A DNA stretch of 64,000 bases from Alphaproteobacteria bacterium (lineage in GTDB: Bacteria > Pseudomonadota > Alphaproteobacteria > Bin95), in the NCBI GenBank assembly GCA_963665325.3, contig CAXXWS020000001.1, positions 32,001 through 96,000 of the forward strand. The letters are read 5' to 3'. The notes beneath the pieces are model-generated. The model made no database searches and had not been told where the DNA came from. It worked only from the letters and a program-made list of their open reading frames with translations. The position numbers and the translations under genes are program-made. Numbering within the stretch: the stretch's first letter is position 1; each line of letters starts with the position of its first letter. This document shows, piece by piece, positions 47,176 through 56,378 of this stretch.

Positions 47176-47847
47176 ATGAACGAAGAGGGTGCGTTGCGCG
47201 TTGTCCACGACGAGATCGTGGCGCCCGGCGCTCCGTGGTCGGCCCGCGTGAGACGGGGCCGGGTGTTGCGCATCGTCGACCTGGAGGGCGAACAGGGCGT
47301 CGATTTCCTGTGTTACGACGCGGCCGACCCGCAGGAACGCTACTACGCGCCGAATACGATCAAGAAAAGCGGCACTCTTCGCCTGACCGAAGGCCATACG
47401 CTCTACTCGGACCGGGGACGGCCGCTCTTCACCATCGTGGCCGACTCCTGCGGCAACCACGATACCATCGCCGGTTGCTGCAGCGCCCCCAGCAACGCCA
47501 TGCTCTACGGCGTGGAAGGAGTGCCGGGGTGCCGAGAAAACTTCCTGGCCGCGCTGGCGGGACACGGCCTGGGATGGACGGACATCGTGCCCAACGTGAA
47601 CTTTTTCGCCGCCGTGCCGGTCTATGAAGGAGGCCGTCTGGCAGAGCGGACCTTCGTCGGCGGCCCGTCTAGGCCCGGCGATCGCGTCGAATTGAGGGCC
47701 GAGCGCGACGTCCTCGCAATCGTCTCCAACTGTCCCCAGGTCAACAATCCGGCTGCCGGGGGCCGACCGACCCCGATCCGCGTGCAGATTCTCGAAGCCG
47801 GTGTCGTTCGGCGCACAGGTGGCGATACGAGGAGAACCGGACCATGA
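47176..47847 (+). CDS. Stand-alone DUF1989 (urea carboxylase-associated / CgdB-like) protein
   Basis: RIVDLEGEQGVDF, HDTIAGCCS, GCRENF, NVNFF, SNCPQVNNP. Confidence 0.85.
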   Translation: MNEEGALRVVHDEIVAPGAPWSARVRRGRVLRIVDLEGEQGVDFLCYDAADPQERYYAPNTIKKSGTLRLTEGHTLYSDRGRPLFTIVADSCGNHDTIAGCCSAPSNAMLYGVEGVPGCRENFLAALAGHGLGWTDIVPNVNFFAAVPVYEGGRLAERTFVGGPSRPGDRVELRAERDVLAIVSNCPQVNNPAAGGRPTPIRVQILEAGVVRRTGGDTRRTGP

Positions 47848-48677
47848 CCGACGACAGAATTTCCGACGCTGCGGCGCTGTTTGCGCAAGCGTGGCTCGAC
47901 GGCACGACCATCGACGCGCTGCTGAACGACCTCGCGCCGCGCGACGAGGCCGAAGCGACGGCAATGCAGGATGCGATGGCCGCGCAGATCGGGGAAGACA
48001 TTGTCGGCTGGAAGGTCGCCGGCAGCCCGGGCGCGCCCTTCGGCCGGATATTCGCTTCGACCAGCTTCGACAGTGGGGCCACCCTTCCGCTGCCCCGCTA
48101 TGCAGGCAATCTCATCGAGTGCGAAGTCGGCTTCAAGCTGAAAAGGGATCTGCGCCCACGCACGGAACCCTACGAGCGCGAAGAAGTGGCCGCCGCCGCT
48201 GACCTCTCCTTCAACATCGAGCTGGTCGGCTTTCGTCGAACCGGCGTAGTCGGGCAGGTAGCGGCGGCGCTCGCCGCCGGCAGGCCCTATCCCGAAAACG
48301 AGATCGAACGGTTGATCAACATTGCCGACAATGGAGGGAACCTCGGCCTCATCAACGGTCCCGCGGTCGAGGATTGGCAACACCGTTCGCTGCTCGACAT
48401 CACCGTGGACCTGCGCATCGACGGCGGGGAGAGCCGGCCGTTGCTCCCGAAGCGCGTCCGCGCGGAACCGTTCGATGTGTTCCTCTGGGCGGCGAACGAG
48501 CTGTCCCGGCGCGGCATCGGCTTGAAGGCCGGTCAGATAGTCACCCCCGGCAGCGTCAATGTGCCCGAACCGCTGCCAAGGGGCAGTACCGCCGTCGCTG
48601 TGTTCGAGAATTTCGGCCAGGTCGCCGTCAGCCTCGCCAACCGGGGCGGGGAACTCCCGGACACGTCCCGTGAATAG
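47844..48677 (+). CDS. 2-keto-4-pentenoate hydratase / fumarylacetoacetate hydrolase family protein
   Basis: GWKVA, IECEVGF, IADNG, GLKAGQIVTPGS; ATGA overlap. Confidence 0.8.
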   Translation: MTDDRISDAAALFAQAWLDGTTIDALLNDLAPRDEAEATAMQDAMAAQIGEDIVGWKVAGSPGAPFGRIFASTSFDSGATLPLPRYAGNLIECEVGFKLKRDLRPRTEPYEREEVAAAADLSFNIELVGFRRTGVVGQVAAALAAGRPYPENEIERLINIADNGGNLGLINGPAVEDWQHRSLLDITVDLRIDGGESRPLLPKRVRAEPFDVFLWAANELSRRGIGLKAGQIVTPGSVNVPEPLPRGSTAVAVFENFGQVAVSLANRGGELPDTSRE

Positions 48678-49332
48678 CGGTGACGGGGGCAAATCGCTCC
48701 GCGGATTCGTCGGGAAGCTCACCGCGATGACCGCCGGGGACGATGCGCACGAGGTCTACGAAGCCTGGGCGCCGAGCTACGAAAACGATCTCGTCGACGG
48801 CTACGGCTACACCGCTCACCGGATCGCGGCCGCAGCGATAGCGGCCGCCTGCCCGGACCGCGCCACGTCGATTCTGGATATTGGCTGCGGCACCGGGCTG
48901 GTGGCCGTCGAGCTCGCCGCGCGCGGGTTCGCGACCATCGACGGGCTCGACGCATCGTCTCGCATGCTGGACAGGGCCCGGGCCAAGGGGGTCTATCGCC
49001 ACCTCATCGAGGGCGATGTGCGCCGACCGGACGTGATCGGCTCCCGCTGCTACGACGCGGTAATCGCGGTCGGGGTGTTCGGCGGCGGCCATGTCGGGCC
49101 CGAGGATCTCGAGTGCTTTGCCCGGCCCGTGCGTGCGGGGGGCGCGATCGTGCTCTACGCGAACGGCATCCCCTGGGTAGCGGATGGCTATCCGTCCCAC
49201 CTCCGGCGTCTCGAGGAAGACGGCGTCTGGACCATCCAACGCACCGAGGAGTCCAACTACATGGAACGGATCGAACGCCCGGGCTGGCTCGTCGTCGCCC
49301 GGCGTGAGGTGGGAGCGGCGGGCCGTGGCTGA
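48670..49332 (+). CDS. Class I SAM-dependent methyltransferase
   Basis: Y..WA..YENDL, ILDIGCGTGL, IDGLDASSRML..A..KGVY; overlaps the preceding gene. Confidence 0.85.
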   Translation: MNSGDGGKSLRGFVGKLTAMTAGDDAHEVYEAWAPSYENDLVDGYGYTAHRIAAAAIAAACPDRATSILDIGCGTGLVAVELAARGFATIDGLDASSRMLDRARAKGVYRHLIEGDVRRPDVIGSRCYDAVIAVGVFGGGHVGPEDLECFARPVRAGGAIVLYANGIPWVADGYPSHLRRLEEDGVWTIQRTEESNYMERIERPGWLVVARREVGAAGRG

Positions 49333-50377
49333 GTCCGGTCGGGGTGAAATCGGGGACCCGGATGCGCGGCGCGCCGCCGCCACGGACGTCGCCGGGAAAG
49401 AGGTCGAGTCGCTCTACGCCGATGCCTTCGTCTGGGACGCCCACGCCGGCTTCGAGTCATGGCCGACCACGGATCTCCGGAACCTCGGGATCTGGAAGGA
49501 CGCGGGGATCGACTTTCTCTCCGTCAATGTCAGCTACGACCTGCAGCGCTGGTCGGACACCGTCCGGGTGCTGGCCGCGTTCCGGCGATGGTTCGAGGCA
49601 TCGGACGAATACGCACTCGCAGGCAGCGCCGCGGACGTGCGCGCCGCCCGTGCGGCGGGACGAATGGCGGTTGCCTTCGACCTTGAGGGGATGAACGTTC
49701 TCGGCGGCTCGCTCGACCGACTGCACCTGGCCCACGCGCTCGGGGTGCGCCAGATCCTCTTCGCCTACAACCGGAACAGCGTCGCGGGCGGCGGCTGCCA
49801 CGACGAGGACACCGGCCTCACCGACTTCGGGCGGGCGGCGGTTGGCGAGATGAACGCGCTCGGGATACTCGTCGACTGCTCCCACTGCGGCTATCGCACC
49901 ACCATGGAGGCGATGGAGCTCTCGTCGGCCCCCGTCGTCTTCTCGCATTCCAATCCGCGCGCGCTCTGCGACCACGAGCGGAACATCCGCGACGAACAGG
50001 CCGAGGCGTGCGCGGCGACCGGCGGGGTCGTCGGCGTCAACGGGATCGGCCTCTTCCTCGGCGAGGACGACATCCGCACATCGACCCTGGCGGACCATGT
50101 CGAGTATCTGCTCGACCTCGTCGGTCCGAAGCATGTGGGGATCGGGCTCGACTACTTCTTCGAGGCCGACGTCGACGCGAGCTTCCAGCAAGCGCTCGCC
50201 GCGAACGCAGACTTCTGGCCGCGCGAGCAATATCCGGGAGGCGAGATACGGTGCGCGGCGCCGTCGCAGCTTCGCGAGCTCGCCGCCGAGCTCCTCCGCC
50301 GGGGGCGGAACGGGTCGGACGTCCGCGCAGTGCTCGGCGGCAACTTCCTGCGGGTCGCGGAGGCAGTCTGGGGCTGA
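49325..50377 (+). CDS. Membrane (renal-type) dipeptidase, peptidase M19
   Basis: WDAH, DLEG, GLTDFGR...EMNALGILVDCSH, FSHSN, RNI.D, HVGIGLD, GGNFLRV. Confidence 0.88.
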   Translation: MAESGRGEIGDPDARRAAATDVAGKEVESLYADAFVWDAHAGFESWPTTDLRNLGIWKDAGIDFLSVNVSYDLQRWSDTVRVLAAFRRWFEASDEYALAGSAADVRAARAAGRMAVAFDLEGMNVLGGSLDRLHLAHALGVRQILFAYNRNSVAGGGCHDEDTGLTDFGRAAVGEMNALGILVDCSHCGYRTTMEAMELSSAPVVFSHSNPRALCDHERNIRDEQAEACAATGGVVGVNGIGLFLGEDDIRTSTLADHVEYLLDLVGPKHVGIGLDYFFEADVDASFQQALAANADFWPREQYPGGEIRCAAPSQLRELAAELLRRGRNGSDVRAVLGGNFLRVAEAVWG

Positions 50378-50411
50378 ACGAACGGGGCCGCGAAGCCCCC
50401 GCGCCTGCCCG

Positions 50412-51107
50412 CTACCGAACCAGCCGGGTGCTCGGGAACGCGGCGTGCCAGCCGAACCAGAACGCTCGCTGCGCCGGGATACGGCGGAGCACACGCCCGT
50501 CTTCGGCGGTCAAGGCGTGCTCGTCCATTGTCCAGATCATGCCCGATCCGTCCTCGACGCGCCGGTCGCCGTCGTACCGGGCGAACGTCACATCTTCGCT
50601 CGCGTAGGCGCGGTTCGCGCCCGACGGATCGGTGAGCACCACGAGCGCCGTGCCTTCGATCGCATCGTGATGAACGGGGGTTGCGGCGAGGAACTCGGCC
50701 GATATGGCAAGTGGCGCCTCGGGGTGACGGGCGAGCAGTACCGTGAACACCTCGTCCTTGTTCTTCAGCCGGGTGTCGAGGACCGGGACCGAGAACATCA
50801 GCTCGTCGGTCGCGAAATAGTCGCGGTAGGCAGCCCCTTCGGAGTAGTCGCGCCCGTGGCCGGTATCGAGCGAGAGCACCCGGGTTCCGGGGTGCCGCCG
50901 GCGCCACTCGCCCCAGGTGGTCGTCACCACGGCCCCGCTCTTCAGCGCGATGCCCTTCCCGGCAAGCGGCCCGACGACCGGCGCGCCCCGCATCGTGCTC
51001 CACAGCGACTGGGTGGCCTGATCGAACATGAGCTTGTTCGAACGGTAGAGGAAGCCGCTCGTGCCGAGCCGGTGATTTATGCCTTCGTGCTCGGTGTGGA
51101 CCTTCAA
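50412..51107 (-). pseudogene. DUF3179-family protein, 5'-truncated
   Basis: LGTSGFLYRSNKLMFD..TQSLWS, TTWGEWRRRHP.T, FWFGWHAAFPST. The expected N-terminal CxxC region is absent; an in-frame TAG and lower-GC DNA lie just upstream. Confidence 0.7.
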
Positions 51108-51467
51108 TAGAAGGATTTCAAGTTCGGACTATCTGACGCAGGGTCGCTTTCCCTCCCTGAGAAGTCCTTTGTATAGAATGCCTTGATGGCAATGTCAAGG
51201 ATATATTTTTCAGACAGTGAGGACAACAATTATCGAAGCTGTGTGGCCGATTTATGGTATCCGGGGAACTGGACAGTGTGGATAGAGGTGGGATCGAAGT
51301 GGTCTGGATGACATGCTGTCGCTGATTTTTTCTGGACCATAGGTAACGACGTATGTACGATGCGCCAGTGGGATGGGAGAAGCTCGCATGCGGACCGGAA
51401 CAGGAGATTTATCATTAGTTATCTCATATAGGGATAGCCGTGTGTTGCGGAGTGGGGGCTCCGTTTC

Positions 51468-51854
51468 ATGCCGGAGGCGTCCATGAGCGACGGGGAGGAA
51501 GGGCGTCGCCAGCGGGCGGTGATGGCGACCGACGAGGAATGGGAGCGCGTCGGGCGCAGGGCCGCGGCGAGCGGCATGGAGCTCTCGCGCTTCGTGATCC
51601 ATCGCGCGCTTGCGACGGACATGCTGCCGCCGGAAGTCCTGCGCCGGGCGGTGCGCCAGGCGCTGGCGATGTCGCTGCTCGAGGAGCGGCGGCTGCGCGA
51701 GGCGGGCCTGGGCGCTGTCTGGGAGGACGCCTGCGACACGGTGGACGAGTGGATCGACCGGGAGGGCATGCTGGACCGCCTGACCGATCCCGGTGCGGCC
51801 AACCGCTGGAAGGCGGTGGGGCGGGAGCCGGATGACGAGGAGGAGGAGTCGTGA
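51468..51854 (+). CDS. Ribbon-helix-helix (MobC/NikA-like) protein 1
   Basis: RQRAVMATDEEWERVGRRAAASGMELSRFVIHRAL RHH pattern. Confidence 0.7.
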   Translation: MPEASMSDGEEGRRQRAVMATDEEWERVGRRAAASGMELSRFVIHRALATDMLPPEVLRRAVRQALAMSLLEERRLREAGLGAVWEDACDTVDEWIDREGMLDRLTDPGAANRWKAVGREPDDEEEES

Positions 51855-52162
51855 CGGAAGAGGCGGCGCGTCCCCTCAGGCGCCAGCGGAGCCTGCATTG
51901 CACGCCGGCGGAGCAGGCGATGATCCGGGAGAAGGCGGCGGAGGCCGGCAAGCCGGTGTCGCGCCATGTGCTCGACCTTGCGCTTGCCGACGACCCGGAC
52001 CGCCACCCCCTGGTGCTGACGGAGGAGGAGCAGCGGGAACTCCTGGACGGCATTCGCGAGGTGGGGGCGTTCGTGCTGGCGCTGAGGCGCGAGCTTCCGG
52101 GCGGCAGCGGGCTCAGCCTGCTGGGGGCGATCTCCCTGCTGGCAGGGGAGTGGAGCCGATGA
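51851..52162 (+). CDS. Ribbon-helix-helix (MobC/NikA-like) protein 2
   Basis: RQRSLHCTPAEQAMIREKAAEAGKPVSRHVLDLAL; GTGA overlap. Confidence 0.7.
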   Translation: MTEEAARPLRRQRSLHCTPAEQAMIREKAAEAGKPVSRHVLDLALADDPDRHPLVLTEEEQRELLDGIREVGAFVLALRRELPGGSGLSLLGAISLLAGEWSR

Positions 52163-52614
52163 GGCGGGCCAGGCGGGGCCGCAGGGCGAAGCCGTCCTCG
52201 AAGCATATCTCGATCTCGGCGTGGGACAGCGAGTGGGAGACGGTGCGCCGGCATGCGGACCGGCGGGGGCTGTCGATCGCGCGCTACCTTGTGGGTCTGG
52301 TGGAGCGCGGCGGCCCGGAGGAGATCGCGGGACCGGTTCTTGCGCTCGATGCGGCCGAGCAGCGGGAACTGCTGGCAGCGGTGCGGGAGGTCCGGTCGCT
52401 GATGCTGGAGGGAACGGATGCGGCGCCTCTCGTGCGGGACATGCAGGAGCGGGTCGCGGTGCAGTTCGCGTCCTGGATGTCGGCCATGGCCAGCGCGGGC
52501 CGCGGGAAGGAGTTGCACGCCGCGCTCGCCTCAGTGCTCGGCGAGGCCCGCGCCCGGCTTGTCGCCGCCCCGGTCATGCCGGCTGCCGCCGGGACGGCGG
52601 ACCCGCCGTCGTGA
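52159..52614 (+). CDS. Ribbon-helix-helix (MobC/NikA-like) protein 3
   Basis: KHISISAWDSEWETVRRHADRRGLSIARYLVGLV; ATGA overlap. Confidence 0.7.
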   Translation: MRRARRGRRAKPSSKHISISAWDSEWETVRRHADRRGLSIARYLVGLVERGGPEEIAGPVLALDAAEQRELLAAVREVRSLMLEGTDAAPLVRDMQERVAVQFASWMSAMASAGRGKELHAALASVLGEARARLVAAPVMPAAAGTADPPS

Positions 52615-52724
52615 CGGCCCCGGCGTTCCGGGCGTTTCGCGCCACGCCGGCGCCGTTGCCACGGACGCCGGATAACGGCGGCGGTACGGACGGTTCGATA
52701 GCCGGTCATACAGCCGCGAGGTAC

Positions 52725-52850
52725 GGCATGCGGGTTGTCATTGCACTATATATTGAACACATGAATATCGTTCATATGTCTTCGATAACACACTTCATGA
52801 AAAAGGTTAAATGGATAGGAAAATTGTATATAACCCACACGACACCGCTA
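52725..52850. other. Candidate oriT (AT-rich non-coding tract)
   Basis: Sharp AT-rich island between the RHH genes and the relaxase operon; nic site not identified. Confidence 0.4.
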
Positions 52851-53275
52851 TCGAGCGCATGCGATTTCGCCTGCCCGGGCGAGAGGGTGAAACGGCCGCT
52901 CGCGAAGAATGCGCCGCGGCGCGCGGCGCGCGGCGCGTGCCATCGCCACGAAGATTATGTGGCGATTACATGGTCGATCATGCCGTCGGCGGATGCGGCA
53001 TGGGCGGCTTGCTCCGCTCATGCATGTTTCGCAGAAGTGTCGTTCCTGTGTCTTGCGGCTGGCCACGAGATTACAGGGATTTCGGGCATGCGTATGTCGC
53101 CGGTATGTGGCACGGATTCTCTATCGTGGCGCGGTCTTCGCCGGACCGTACGGGACGGAGAGAGGCCATGTTCATCCAGGAAGCGGCGGCATGGAACGGT
53201 GAGTTCGACATCCAGGGGCCGGATTGTCACCAACGATGCCGGGCGCCCGGCGATGAAGAGGAGATTGAGGGAACG

Positions 53276-53959
53276 ATGACGACGGGACATGACGACACCG
53301 GCCGGCGGGACGGCGGGCCGAACCTCCTGGCGCCTCTTCCGGGGGACCGGGCGGCGCCGGGCAGCGATCCGGCCGGGTCCGAGGCGCTGCTGACGGCGGT
53401 GCTGGAGATGCGGGAGGAACAGGCCAGGTTTCGGAAGGAGGTGCGGGAAGAGCTGGCGGGGCTGCGGAACGAGGCGCAGGCGGATCGACCCGAGCCGGTC
53501 ACGGGCGACGCGCTGGACGCCTGGAGCGGGGCGTTGCTGGAGAAGATCGGCGAGATGGTTCCGAAGGAGACCGGAGCCGGCGCCGCCATGACGGAGCATG
53601 CCGGAAGGATGGAGGCGGCGGCCGAACGGATCGACGCGGGGCTGGAGCGGACCGCGAAGCGCTTCTCGGCGGACGTTGCGGGGATGGAGAAGTGGCTTGC
53701 GGAGGACCGTTCGGCGATCCGGGCATCGATGAGCGGGATCGAGAGCGCCGCGGCGCGCATTGAGGCCGGGCTCGGCGAATTCCACAAACGGGCCGACAGC
53801 CGGTTCAACGATATCGCCTCGGTCGCTTCCGACACGCTGCGTAAGGTCCGGACGTTGCAAATCAAGTGGCAGGCATTGCTCTCGCCCTGGGCGGCTGTTG
53901 TCTTCATTATGGGCATCGTCTTTGCCAACATCCTCAAACTGGTCGATCGGCTGTTATGA
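53276..53959 (+). CDS. Coiled-coil protein with C-terminal membrane anchor, upstream of the relaxase
   Basis: GAGG RBS; heptad-like helices; C-terminal WAAVVFIMGIVFANILKLV. Confidence 0.65.
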   Translation: MTTGHDDTGRRDGGPNLLAPLPGDRAAPGSDPAGSEALLTAVLEMREEQARFRKEVREELAGLRNEAQADRPEPVTGDALDAWSGALLEKIGEMVPKETGAGAAMTEHAGRMEAAAERIDAGLERTAKRFSADVAGMEKWLAEDRSAIRASMSGIESAAARIEAGLGEFHKRADSRFNDIASVASDTLRKVRTLQIKWQALLSPWAAVVFIMGIVFANILKLVDRLL

Positions 53960-54021
53960 GGCCATTGCCCGCTTGCCGTTGCCTGCCGCCGCCGCCGTCG
54001 GCTGCGTGTTAGGCCGGCCGC

Positions 54022-54276
54022 ATGGTCGCGACGTTCGTCGAGCTCCGTTCCTCCGCGGTGACGGTGTCCTATTTCGAGCGGGACGGCTACTACGCGAGGA
54101 ACGACCCGGAGCACCGGCAGGCGAGTTTCTGGCACGGGGGCGCGGCGCAGGCGCTGGGGCTCGGGGGCCATGTGCGCCCGAAGCGGTTCGAGTCGGTTCT
54201 GGCGGGGTTCGTGCCGGGGACGGACATCCGGCTCGGTCGGATGCGCGAGGGCGAGCGCGTTCACCGGCCCGGCTGG
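54022..54276 (+). pseudogene. MOBF (TrwC/TraI-like) relaxase, N-terminal 85 aa, cut off by a transposon
   Basis: Catalytic Tyr motif YFERDGYY, WHG..A.ALGL.G, HRPGW; the stop TGA is supplied by the transposon end. Confidence 0.9.
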
Positions 54277-54522
54277 TGAGTGTGCTCTCGGTATCTGATG
54301 GCGGGATGGTCACGTTGTTCGATGGTTTTCAGGCGTCGGGCCGGGCGTGACGGCGGGGGTGTCGGACGGCCGTCGGCGCGTCAAGCCGCTTCGCGGCTCC
54401 TGCGCTGCGCTCCGGCCCTTCGGGTGACCCGCCGCCGTCCCTCCGACGGAGTGCATCCATGGCCGTAAGCAAGCTTCCGGCCACGGGCCGGCCGCTTTAC
54501 GCAGTGTGACAATGGGAGCGGT

Positions 54523-54583
54523 GTTACCCGTTACCGTTACCCTCTCTCCCTAGGGGTTCGAGGCGGTAACGGTTTTCGGTAAC
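54523..54583. repeat. GTTACC x3 direct and GGTAAC x2 inverted repeats (iteron-like)
   Basis: GTTACC 54523, 54530, 54536; GGTAAC 54565, 54578; central CCCTAGGG palindrome contains the helicase stop. Confidence 0.7.
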
Positions 54584-55548
54584 GTGTCCCTGCGGTCGTT
54601 GCCGTTGAGGGCGGCGAGGCGGTATCCGCCTTCGGATGCGCGCTCGACGCGTCCTTCGCGGACGAGCCTGTGCAGCGCCTCGGCGACGGTTGCGGGCCGG
54701 GTTGCCGCGCGCTCGCGGATCCGGCGCTGGGAGAGCGGCGCGTCGGCGTCGGCGAGGGCCTGCAGGATGCGCCGTTCGGGGGTATCCGGCTCCGGCGCCT
54801 GGTCTTCCGGCGTCTCGCGCAACCGCAGGGCGGGGCGCTCGTCGTCGTCGGCGAGTTCGATCTCGAGGTCTTCGAGGCCAGGGGCGTCGCGATGCTCGAC
54901 GGTCATGAGGATCTGGCGGTCTCGCCGGCGCAGGTACAGATTCGAATCGCCCCAGGCGTGAAGTTCGCTGCTGCCGCGCAGCGCCTGCCCGGGCCGGGAG
55001 CCGCCGCTCTTTCGTGCGTGATGGACGAGGAGGACGGCGGTTTCGAAGCGGCGCTGTATGTCGCGCAGGAAGCCCAGCATGGGGGCGACCTCGGCGACGG
55101 TATTTTCGTCGACGCCGTGCAGGCGCACGAGGGGGTCGAGGACGACGAGGCGGGGTGAGACGCGCTCCACCGTCTCGACCAGGCGCTGGCGATCGGCGCG
55201 ATGGTCGAGACGCAGCGTGGGCACGTCGATGACGGCGATGTCGAGGGTCTCGAACGCGGTGCCTGCCGCCTTTGCGATGCCCTGGAGGCGTGCGCGCACG
55301 ATATGGCCGGCGTCCTCGGCGGCGAACAGCAGCACGGGGCCGCTTGCGGCGGGACGGAAGTGGCGCAGGCAGGGGACGCCGGCGGCGACCGCGACGGCGA
55401 TGTCGAGTGCGAGGAAGGATTTGCCGCACTTGGGCTCGCCGCCGACGATGCCGACGCCCTGCTCGGACCACAACGCCTCGACCATCCAGCGGCGCGCCTG
55501 GGGGCGCTCTTCGAGCTCCGCCGGCGCCCGTGTCGGGAAGCCCTTCAC
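54550..55548 (-). CDS. AAA_25 / RSF1010 RepA-like RecA-fold (SF4-type) ATPase/helicase with C-terminal wHTH
   Basis: Walker A GGEPKCGKS, AAED, LVVLDPL, DEN, LLVHHARK, LRGSS; C-terminal LSQRRIRERAATRPATVAEALHRLVREGRV; GTGA overlap with the ATPase. Confidence 0.85.
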   Translation of the reverse strand: MKGFPTRAPAELEERPQARRWMVEALWSEQGVGIVGGEPKCGKSFLALDIAVAVAAGVPCLRHFRPAASGPVLLFAAEDAGHIVRARLQGIAKAAGTAFETLDIAVIDVPTLRLDHRADRQRLVETVERVSPRLVVLDPLVRLHGVDENTVAEVAPMLGFLRDIQRRFETAVLLVHHARKSGGSRPGQALRGSSELHAWGDSNLYLRRRDRQILMTVEHRDAPGLEDLEIELADDDERPALRLRETPEDQAPEPDTPERRILQALADADAPLSQRRIRERAATRPATVAEALHRLVREGRVERASEGGYRLAALNGNDRRDTLPKTVTASNP

Positions 55549-56378
55549 CGCCGCGCCCTCCTCGGCTTGGCGGGTTCGCCCAGGGTCTCGATGAAGAGCT
55601 TCTCGTCGAGGACCTCGCGCTCCTTCTCGGCGGCGGCGGCGAGCAGGGCGTCGGCCATGACGGTGAGCGCCCGCGGGTTGCCGTCGGCATGGGCGACCAG
55701 GGTGTCCTTGAGGCCCGCGGTCATGAGGCCGGGATTGCCGGCCTGCTCGATCAGATGGTCGAGCAGGGCCGCGAGGTCGCCGGCCTCGGCCTTGGTCATG
55801 ACCAGGCGCTGGCGGATGCGCGAGGCGATGGGCTGCAGATCGGGCTGGCGGAGCTTGTCGAGCAGGCGCGTGTCGCCGGCGAGGACGACCGAGAGGATGG
55901 CGCGCGAGTCGAAGTCGGTCGAAGCCAGCAGGCGGATCTCGGAGAACACCGAGGGCAGCAGCTCCTGGGCCTCGTCGACGAGCACGACGGGGCGCATGCG
56001 GGTATCGTCGACATGGGCGAGCCAGCGCTCGCGCAGGCTTTTGAAGCTGGCCCAGCGGTTGTTGTACATCAGGTCGACGCCGAACATCTCGCCGATCTCG
56101 CGGTAGAAGTCGGACAGCCGGGAGGAGGGATGGGTGATGGCGGCGATGCTGAGCCCCTCGCAGCGGCCGAGACGGTCGGCGAGCAGGCGCAACGCCACAC
56201 TCTTTCCGGCGCCGGGCTCGCCGGCGATCAAGGCGAAGCCGCCCTGGCGCACCAGGTGGCGCTCGATCCTGAGGCAGAAGCTGTCGACGGCAGGCGTCGC
56301 CATGAGACTGTCGACCGGCAGGTCGGTGGCGAAGGGGTTCCACTTGAGCCCGTAGAAGGTGAGCAGTTCCCGGTTCAT
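55545..56378 (-). CDS. ExeA-like AAA+ transposition ATPase
   Basis: FYGLKWNPF, GEPGAGKS, LVDEAQEL, VVLAG, IASRI, GNPR; ATGA overlap with the transposase. Confidence 0.88.
   Translation of the reverse strand: MNRELLTFYGLKWNPFATDLPVDSLMATPAVDSFCLRIERHLVRQGGFALIAGEPGAGKSVALRLLADRLGRCEGLSIAAITHPSSRLSDFYREIGEMFGVDLMYNNRWASFKSLRERWLAHVDDTRMRPVVLVDEAQELLPSVFSEIRLLASTDFDSRAILSVVLAGDTRLLDKLRQPDLQPIASRIRQRLVMTKAEAGDLAALLDHLIEQAGNPGLMTAGLKDTLVAHADGNPRALTVMADALLAAAAEKEREVLDEKLFIETLGEPAKPRRARR

Noticed and set aside
51100-51140. Selenocysteine read-through to explain the short DUF3179 ORF
   Set aside because: The upstream in-frame stop is TAG, not TGA, and the upstream sequence shows no family similarity.
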